A stretch of 64,000 bases of DNA. Source: a virus (lineage: Duplodnaviria > Caudoviricetes). The translations under genes were made by a program, and so were the position numbers. This document shows, one piece after another, positions 57,752 to 64,000 of the stretch. The notes beneath the pieces were generated by a model. The model was given only the letters and a program-made list of their open reading frames with translations, was not told the DNA's origin and ran no database searches. Positions within the stretch are counted from its first letter, which is position 1. Each line of letters opens with the position of its first letter. The DNA is taken from IMG/VR virus record IMGVR_UViG_3300028914_000064, positions 1 through 64,000 of that record, one strand, 5' to 3'.

Positions 57752-58825
57752 TCAAAATAAATCATCCTCATTTTTTGATTGCTCAAATTGATCTATGAAG
57801 TCGCTTATGTAAGGACACGTCCTTTTATGTGGGCATAAATTGGTACAATAATAGATGTCATTTATAACTTTTCCATTTTTTTGAGTTCTTGTAAAATTAC
57901 GATGAGTATTCATCTTATCTTCTTTAGAAAAGGATTCCCACATTTTAATAGTTCCTTCAATATATTCAAGACATTCTTTTTTGGTTTCTTCAGTAAAATC
58001 ATATTCAATGACACAAGGTCGAACTTTAAATTGTTTAGATAATTGTAAAGGAATTGTATTTGTTCTTTTAAAATCTTCTATGATTAGTTCTATATCAAAG
58101 TTGTGATAGTTCATTTCTTTTAAAGCGTTTGATATAGGATCTGATAATTCAGCATATATTTTTCTGCGTTCGATAATTTTATGTATATCTGTTTTTTTCT
58201 TACTTTTGATTGTTTTATATCCGACGTAGTTTACATCAACATATTTTGTAAATATCCAATTGATACTTCGTACTTTATATCCTTGAGCTTCAAGTGCAAT
58301 ACCATAAAAAACAAGTTGTCTGCCATGTTCTTTTAAATCTTTTTTAGAAAAAAGAGAACTTGTTTTATAATCATAGATATCCACGACATTGTCATGCTGC
58401 CATATAAGATCTACATACCCTTGCATAGAATATCCTTTAGGTGTGGTATATTTTATAAGTTCTTCTGCTTTCAGGTATTTTTTCTTAGGAGATTTATAAT
58501 TGGTACAAAAATGAGTCATATTTGCAATCCAATTGCTTCGTATAGAGTCTTCTCCCTTTATGTCTTTAGGAAATTCAAGTCCGATCATGTTAAGTGTTTC
58601 TAACTCTTTTTGCATAGCAGGAAGCAAGTCTTTTTCTGTTGCCTTATTATTTATTATTTTTTCAAGACATTCATGTATACTGCTTCCCAAAATTGTATAA
58701 ACATTTTTATCTCCACGTTCTTCTAAAACATAGGTCCTATATGCTTCATAAAGGCATCTGTTTATAGAGTCTAATCTCGATATCGAATAGATAGTATTAT
58801 TATTCATAATGCTCCTTATATTCAT
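57752..58825 (-). CDS. PD-(D/E)XK nuclease (Cas4/AddB-like)
   Basis: YSISRL...C; GSSIHECLE; GYVDL; IYDYKTS; QL..Y; C-terminal C..LC.....C. Confidence 0.82.
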   Translation of the reverse strand: MNIRSIMNNNTIYSISRLDSINRCLYEAYRTYVLEERGDKNVYTILGSSIHECLEKIINNKATEKDLLPAMQKELETLNMIGLEFPKDIKGEDSIRSNWIANMTHFCTNYKSPKKKYLKAEELIKYTTPKGYSMQGYVDLIWQHDNVVDIYDYKTSSLFSKKDLKEHGRQLVFYGIALEAQGYKVRSINWIFTKYVDVNYVGYKTIKSKKKTDIHKIIERRKIYAELSDPISNALKEMNYHNFDIELIIEDFKRTNTIPLQLSKQFKVRPCVIEYDFTEETKKECLEYIEGTIKMWESFSKEDKMNTHRNFTRTQKNGKVINDIYYCTNLCPHKRTCPYISDFIDQFEQSKNEDDLF

Positions 58826-59819
58826 AAATATTTTCTTTGAACAACTTTTTAAAAGTATCTATTCCAAAATCACTTGGACTTGCTTTAGAGTCTTTTGGTA
58901 ATCCGCCATAGAGATAAAATACTTTGTTATGATAAACAGAGTTATTTACATATACTTGAGCACAAGCTTTTTTTATTTCTTGTAATGAAACACCTTCATC
59001 AAAAGCAATTATAATTTCATCGCACATAAGAGATTTTATTATCGAAGCTTGAGAAACAGAAATATCATGTCCCATTATTGCGGAAGCAATATTGCACCCA
59101 AAGTCAGAACATTGCATTACGGATTTTTCTGCTTCTAAGATTATGATCTTACTTTTTTTAACGATACTTTTATAGTTCTGCGAAAGCCCATATACTACTG
59201 AAGATTTTTGAAAAGGAATTTCAGCCCAATATTTATTTACGAGAATATCTTCGTTTTTCCTAGCTTTGCAGCCTATTAGTTCGTCCTGGATATTTGTAAT
59301 GGGGATTAAGATAGCATTGTTTTCAAGATCAAATCTTAAATCAAATTTTTCCTGAGTAAGATATGATATGCCATCTTTATAAAATCTGAGATTACAGGCT
59401 TTTGGAGGAAGGATACTACGGTCATATTTTTTTAGTTCTGTATCCATTATTTTTTTAGTTGTATTGAGTTCTTTATAAAATCCACCAAAAGGCCGGATAA
59501 TCTGTTCATCGTTAAACTTATAATCGATCCAACCTGCAATGATTTTTAATGCTTTTGGAAAAGAAACCTTTTTCATATCCATTACAAGAGAATATATGTT
59601 ACCTCTTGAACTTCTTGTTGTGCAGATATAATTTAGACTTTTCGTATATATTATGTACCCAAATAGATTATCTGCTGAAGGATCTGGTCTAGGAGAGGTA
59701 ATCATTTGTTTCGAAGCATGGTACTTGATCTTATCTTCTGGGAAGTTTAATTTGATCAAAACTCTGATAATCAAATCCGGATTTTGTCGAAGTTGTTCGG
59801 ATAATTCTTCGACATTTAT
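58800..59819 (-). CDS. DNA primase-like TOPRIM protein
   Basis: ILEAEKSV and IIIAFDEG TOPRIM motifs; frame extends to an ATA 8 nt after GAGGAGG. Confidence 0.75.
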   Translation of the reverse strand: MNVEELSEQLRQNPDLIIRVLIKLNFPEDKIKYHASKQMITSPRPDPSADNLFGYIIYTKSLNYICTTRSSRGNIYSLVMDMKKVSFPKALKIIAGWIDYKFNDEQIIRPFGGFYKELNTTKKIMDTELKKYDRSILPPKACNLRFYKDGISYLTQEKFDLRFDLENNAILIPITNIQDELIGCKARKNEDILVNKYWAEIPFQKSSVVYGLSQNYKSIVKKSKIIILEAEKSVMQCSDFGCNIASAIMGHDISVSQASIIKSLMCDEIIIAFDEGVSLQEIKKACAQVYVNNSVYHNKVFYLYGGLPKDSKASPSDFGIDTFKKLFKENIYEYKEHYE

Positions 59820-59843
59820 AATTACCGCCTCCTCTCTGGTAAA

Positions 59844-61007
59844 TTAACTTCTTAGTATTTTTATGTCATATACTAATTTTTCACAGAATTCATTTACTTC
59901 TTTAAGAGTCGTATCATTGCTAAGGCTTATCCTTATTGAACTATTTGCTTCTTCGTCAGAGCATCCGATAGCTTTAAGTACATGAGAAGGTTCTTTGGAA
60001 TTAGAATTGCAAGCGGAACCGGTAGAAACATAAATTTCCTGATCATCAAGCATTGCAACAAGTTCTTCTCCTCGTACTCCTTTAATAGATATGTTTAATA
60101 TATTTGGTGTATGGTTTGGATCTGTTACAAGAGATCCATTCATTTTTATATTGGATATGTTTGCATTTAAAAAATCCCAGATATATGAACTTAACTTACG
60201 GACTGCCCAAGAACATTCTAATTTCTGTTTAGCAAGTTCACATGCTTTTGCAAAACCAACAATATATGGAACATTTTCTGTCCCTCCACGCATTCCGGAT
60301 TCTTGCTGCCCTCCATAAATAAGAGGGGAATAAAATTGTTGCGCATCTTTCCTAATATATAAAGCACCAATACCTTTTGGAGCTCCAATTTTATGTCCAG
60401 AAATTGATAAAGATGTTATTCCACTATAGTCTTTTATTGAAAGAGGAGAAATAACATATTCATTAATGCAAATAGGAATATGCCCAAATGCTTGAACTGC
60501 ATCAACATGGAAAAAAATACCTTCTGTTTTACATATTTTTGCTATGTCAGCAATTGGTTGTATCGTTCCGATTTCGTTGTTAACCATCATTACTGTTATG
60601 AGAGGGGTGTCTTGCTTAATTTTTGCAATCAAAGAATTTGTATCTATCTCACCATCAAACCCAACATCTATGTACTCTGCTTCGATACCATCAGAATTAA
60701 TAGAATTCAAGATAGAATGATGTTCAATTGGAGAACTAAGAATTTTACCAGAGTATATGCAATGCAAACCTCGGATTGCCCATGTGTTTGCTTCGCTTCC
60801 GGAGCTTGTAAAAAAGATTTCGTCTGGAGAAGCACCAATAGATTCAGCTACAACTTTACGTGCCGCACTTATAGCTTTATGTGCGTTTCTTCCTATCAAA
60901 TATTTACTTGAAGGATTTCCCCAATCTGAAGAGAGCCATGGGCTCATGGCTTCTAAGACCTCTTTGTTTATAGGTGTCGTTGAAGCATTATCGAAATAAT
61001 AAGGCAT
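59844..61007 (-). CDS. iscS: Cysteine desulfurase (IscS/NifS family)
   Basis: YFDNASTTP; GNPSS; HVDAVQ; SGHKIG (PLP Lys); STGSACNS (catalytic Cys). Confidence 0.92.
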   Translation of the reverse strand: MPYYFDNASTTPINKEVLEAMSPWLSSDWGNPSSKYLIGRNAHKAISAARKVVAESIGASPDEIFFTSSGSEANTWAIRGLHCIYSGKILSSPIEHHSILNSINSDGIEAEYIDVGFDGEIDTNSLIAKIKQDTPLITVMMVNNEIGTIQPIADIAKICKTEGIFFHVDAVQAFGHIPICINEYVISPLSIKDYSGITSLSISGHKIGAPKGIGALYIRKDAQQFYSPLIYGGQQESGMRGGTENVPYIVGFAKACELAKQKLECSWAVRKLSSYIWDFLNANISNIKMNGSLVTDPNHTPNILNISIKGVRGEELVAMLDDQEIYVSTGSACNSNSKEPSHVLKAIGCSDEEANSSIRISLSNDTTLKEVNEFCEKLVYDIKILRS

Positions 61008-61066
61008 AACTACCTCCCTTACAATTAGGTTATTTTAATTATACTTCCAATGCTTAATTTTGGCAA

Positions 61067-61408
61067 TCATACAATAAAATGCATCCCACATTTTTCACAG
61101 TATCCACTGGCAGTTTGCCATTCTAATGTGATTGGATTCCGCACATATAAAGTTCTGACACATTTTTTACCACCACAACCAAAAAACTTATTTTTATTGC
61201 AATCTTCATACTCAATCTTTGTTTCTTCTCTAAGAGTTAGCCATTCTTTCATTTTAGGATCTGTGACAGATACTTTTTTCCTACAATTAACACATAAGTA
61301 AGAACCATCAGTATTTTTCCAAATAGGCGCTCCACATTCAGGACAACTTGGACGTGAAAAACATTTGTCAGTATGAATATCATAATCCATTTCCCAAATA
61401 GCTTTCAT
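61067..61408 (-). CDS. Zinc-ribbon phage protein
   Basis: Multiple CxxC pairs. Confidence 0.55.
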   Translation of the reverse strand: MKAIWEMDYDIHTDKCFSRPSCPECGAPIWKNTDGSYLCVNCRKKVSVTDPKMKEWLTLREETKIEYEDCNKNKFFGCGGKKCVRTLYVRNPITLEWQTASGYCEKCGMHFIV

Positions 61409-62044
61409 CAATAATCCTCCTCCAAATAGATTAAAATGCAGCAATAATCAGTAAAATGAATAGCAATTATATCAGATTTACTTACAATTTTATGATTAAG
61501 GAAATCAACTAATTGTATTTCTGATTCAAAACTTTCAATCTTATACATTGCTTAGTCTCCTCTCTGATTGATGGTGTTCTTTCGAAATGCTTTTATAAAT
61601 TTATCATAATCGGATATACATCTATCACAGACTAAAGGTCTAATAATAATACCTTTTATTTTTTTTGGCATCATATGCAAATATTCTTGCTTATTATATT
61701 CTGCACCGCATATATCACACTTATAAATAATCATCTGTATCATCCTTTTTTTTATCAAAAATTTTAAGATAATCAGTATTCATAAAATCATTTAAAGCTT
61801 TTTCATATCCGGCAGAATAACCTTTTGTATAAGATTCTGCTTCTATGAGTTTTATTATATTTATTATATTTTCAACCCAATCACTCATATTTGTCACCTT
61901 ATTTTTTTTGAGCTAGATTACGTTCATTTTTATCTGCCCATTTGAGCCATTTTCCACATTTGCTACAATAAATCCCTACCTGACTTTTCTTTGAAAGAAA
62001 AAAGAAATCCTCACTACCACACTTGCATTTGTAATCTTTAATCT

Positions 62045-62227
62045 TCATGGATTTCTCCTTTCTAAATTATCTGCAATAACAGCAAGACTTTTTGATATTT
62101 CCATAAGCATCGTTGCAATTGCTCCTTGTTGTATTGATGAAATTTCTTCATAAGACCCAGAAGCCATCTCTTTTGCCTGCATTTTTATATTCTCAATTAT
62201 CTTTTCGTTTTCTTCATATCTACTCAT
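62045..62227 (-). CDS. Small phage protein separated from its RBS by the IS3
   Basis: EISKSLAVIAD motif; ATG at the IS junction. Confidence 0.55.
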   Translation of the reverse strand: MSRYEENEKIIENIKMQAKEMASGSYEEISSIQQGAIATMLMEISKSLAVIADNLERRNP

Positions 62228-62296
62228 ATAATGGTAGCGTAATTTAAGACACTTTTTGAGACATTTAATAATGAATCTGATACACTCATTTTATCA

Positions 62297-62662
62297 ATGA
62301 AAGGAATCATTACTATGTCTCGTAAAAGAAGAAATTTCACATCAGAATTCAAAGCTAAACTTGTTCTTGAGGTTCTCAAAGGAGAAAAGGAGCTCAACGT
62401 CATCGCTACCGAAAATGATATCCAGCCAAATCTCCTTAGAAACTGGAAAAGAGAGTTCCTCAATAAAGCATCATTGGTTTTTGATGATTCCCGCGAGGAT
62501 AACCTGCGAGAGAAGCTTGCTTCCGAGCGTAAAGAAAAAGAACAATACGCCAAGAAAGTCGGTCAGCTCACCATGCAGGTGGACTGGCTCAAAAAAAAAT
62601 CTGAAGAAGTTATCGGACCTGACTACGAGAGTAAATATAGTCCGAAACCATTCGAAGACTAA
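62297..62662 (+). CDS. IS3 OrfA
   Basis: RRNFTSEFKAKLV HTH. Confidence 0.9.
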   Translation: MKGIITMSRKRRNFTSEFKAKLVLEVLKGEKELNVIATENDIQPNLLRNWKREFLNKASLVFDDSREDNLREKLASERKEKEQYAKKVGQLTMQVDWLKKKSEEVIGPDYESKYSPKPFED

Positions 62663-63500
62663 CAATAAAGGCATCTCCGTCAGCGATGCAGCCAAGTTGT
62701 GCGGTGTTAATCGTACCAGCATTTACTATAAAGGGCATCCCGTTTCTGAAACTGAGATCATCTGCAAGAAGATAATCGACATGCTCCATACTGAAAATCC
62801 CACCTGGGGAGCAAGGCAAATGTCTGCTCAGCTTAAAGAACGCGGCTACAAGATTGGGCGCAGAAAAGCTCGCAGATTCATGACTGAGATGGCAATCGAT
62901 CCAATATATCCAAAGATGAATCTTTCTAAGCGTCAGAAGTATGCTGAGGTTGTACCATATCTACTTCGTAATGCTGATATAGAGCGTCCCAATCAGGCTT
63001 GGTCTATTGATATAACATATATTCCAATGAAGCACGGTTTCTTGTATCTGACTGCAATCATTGATTGGGCAAGCCGTTGCATTGTCGGCTGGGAGCTTGA
63101 CGATACACTTGATACCAGGGCTGTAATTGAGGCTTGTAAAAAGGCATTTAAAGTTGCTAAGCCTGAAATCTTCAACAGCGATCAAGGCTGTCAGTTTACC
63201 AGTCATGAATACAAACAGCTTTTAAAGGATAACGGCATCAAGCAGAGCATGGATGGAAAAAGCCGCTGGGCTGACAATATCATGATTGAGCGCTGGTTCC
63301 GCTCCCTCAAATGGGAAGAGGTATACCTCACTGAATATGCCAACCTGAAAGAAGCAAGGGCGGCTATTGGCAAATACATCTATAAATATAACTTTGAACG
63401 TTGTCACTCTGCTATCGGCAATGTTCCTCCTGCATCCATGTACTATCCGGCATTTCTTTACGATTATGCGCTGGAAGCTGTCGGATGTTATGCTGCATGA
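62591..63500 (+). CDS. IS3 OrfB DDE transposase (expressed by -1 frameshift)
   Basis: WSIDITY; NSDQGCQF; DNIMIERWFRSLK. Confidence 0.9.
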
Positions 63501-63611
63501 TATTGGTTACTGTGGGGGAGGGGCTCCCTCTCTCCCTTTAACATAGATTCATTATAAAATGACAAAAAATTTGTCTTGAAAACTAAGCCACTATATCATG
63601 CTTCCTCCTTT

Positions 63612-63800
63612 TTATTTTTTAAAATGATTTGATTTTTCTAAATTTTCTTTTTCTTTTAATGCTTTCTCTGTTTCATTTTGAAATTCAGTTGTAAGTTCTT
63701 GAAATTGATCTTTAAGAACTTCTATACCAGATCTAAACCCAATAAAAAAACCAATAAAATAAATGATAATGATAATCATAATTTCAAGAAATAATCTCAT
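63612..63800 (-). CDS. Small membrane protein
   Basis: N-terminal transmembrane segment. Confidence 0.5.
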   Translation of the reverse strand: MRLFLEIMIIIIIYFIGFFIGFRSGIEVLKDQFQELTTEFQNETEKALKEKENLEKSNHFKK

Positions 63801-63802
63801 TA

Positions 63803-63997
63803 TTAGTTTTCCTCTTTATCAAGCATATATGCTCCGCAGTGTGGACAATATTTAGGATAATTATGTTTAACATCCTGGCCTATAGGATAACCATGTTTAT
63901 CTAGTTTATTTGTATCTCGATGACAGTTAGAACATTCAAAATAGCCATGTCGTTTTTCTATCCATCTTGCAGTAACTATAGTCTTGACATCATCCAT
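63803..63997 (-). CDS. Zinc-ribbon phage protein
   Basis: ARWI...CSNC...YCPHCGA.M. Confidence 0.65.
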   Translation of the reverse strand: MDDVKTIVTARWIEKRHGYFECSNCHRDTNKLDKHGYPIGQDVKHNYPKYCPHCGAYMLDKEEN

Positions 63998-64000
63998 TTT

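Larger units (their letters stand above)
62227..63595 (+). mobile_element. IS3-family insertion sequence
   Basis: Imperfect IRs TATAATGG...AAGACA / TGTCTT...CCACTATA; 3-bp TCA target duplication; A9 slippery site at 62591-62599. Confidence 0.92.

Noticed and set aside
57752-58825. Cas4-like nuclease as part of the CRISPR locus
   Set aside because: 13 kb away in the replication operon; standalone PD-(D/E)XK nucleases are common in phages
1-64000. tRNA or rRNA genes
   Set aside because: None recognised by eye; a tRNAscan-SE/Infernal run would be needed to exclude them

Overview
The window is a 64-kb stretch of a large, AT-rich Firmicutes (probably Lachnospiraceae/Clostridia) tailed phage that also carries a plasmid replicon, i.e. 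a likely phage-plasmid. From left to right: a tyrosine-recombinase shufflon with start-less tail-fibre tip cassettes (1-2.2 kb); a 3168-aa tape measure protein; a type I TA-like locus and a tnpB-only IS200/IS605 element; tail, endolysin and fibre genes (15-31 kb); an AT-rich centromere candidate with parA and an RHH partner, TA loci, iterons and a Rep_3-type initiator (31-36 kb); a + strand accessory region (36-45.6 kb); and a - strand replication/modification module (DnaE, HNH, C5 methyltransferases, PD-(D/E)XK nuclease, primase, cysteine desulfurase) interrupted by an IS3. Two candidates stand out. (1) An IS607-type TnpB with degenerate RuvC catalytic residues, no transposase, an intact-looking omegaRNA scaffold, an anti-repeat, a 5-repeat CRISPR array (36/30 nt) and a trail of 13-nt mini-repeats. 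This is a candidate phage-encoded, nuclease-dead, CRISPR-guided DNA-binding or repression system. (2) A pair of tail-fibre shufflon cassettes with matching crossover sites located about 39 kb from their recombinase. All family calls rest on manual motif recognition; no database searches were run.
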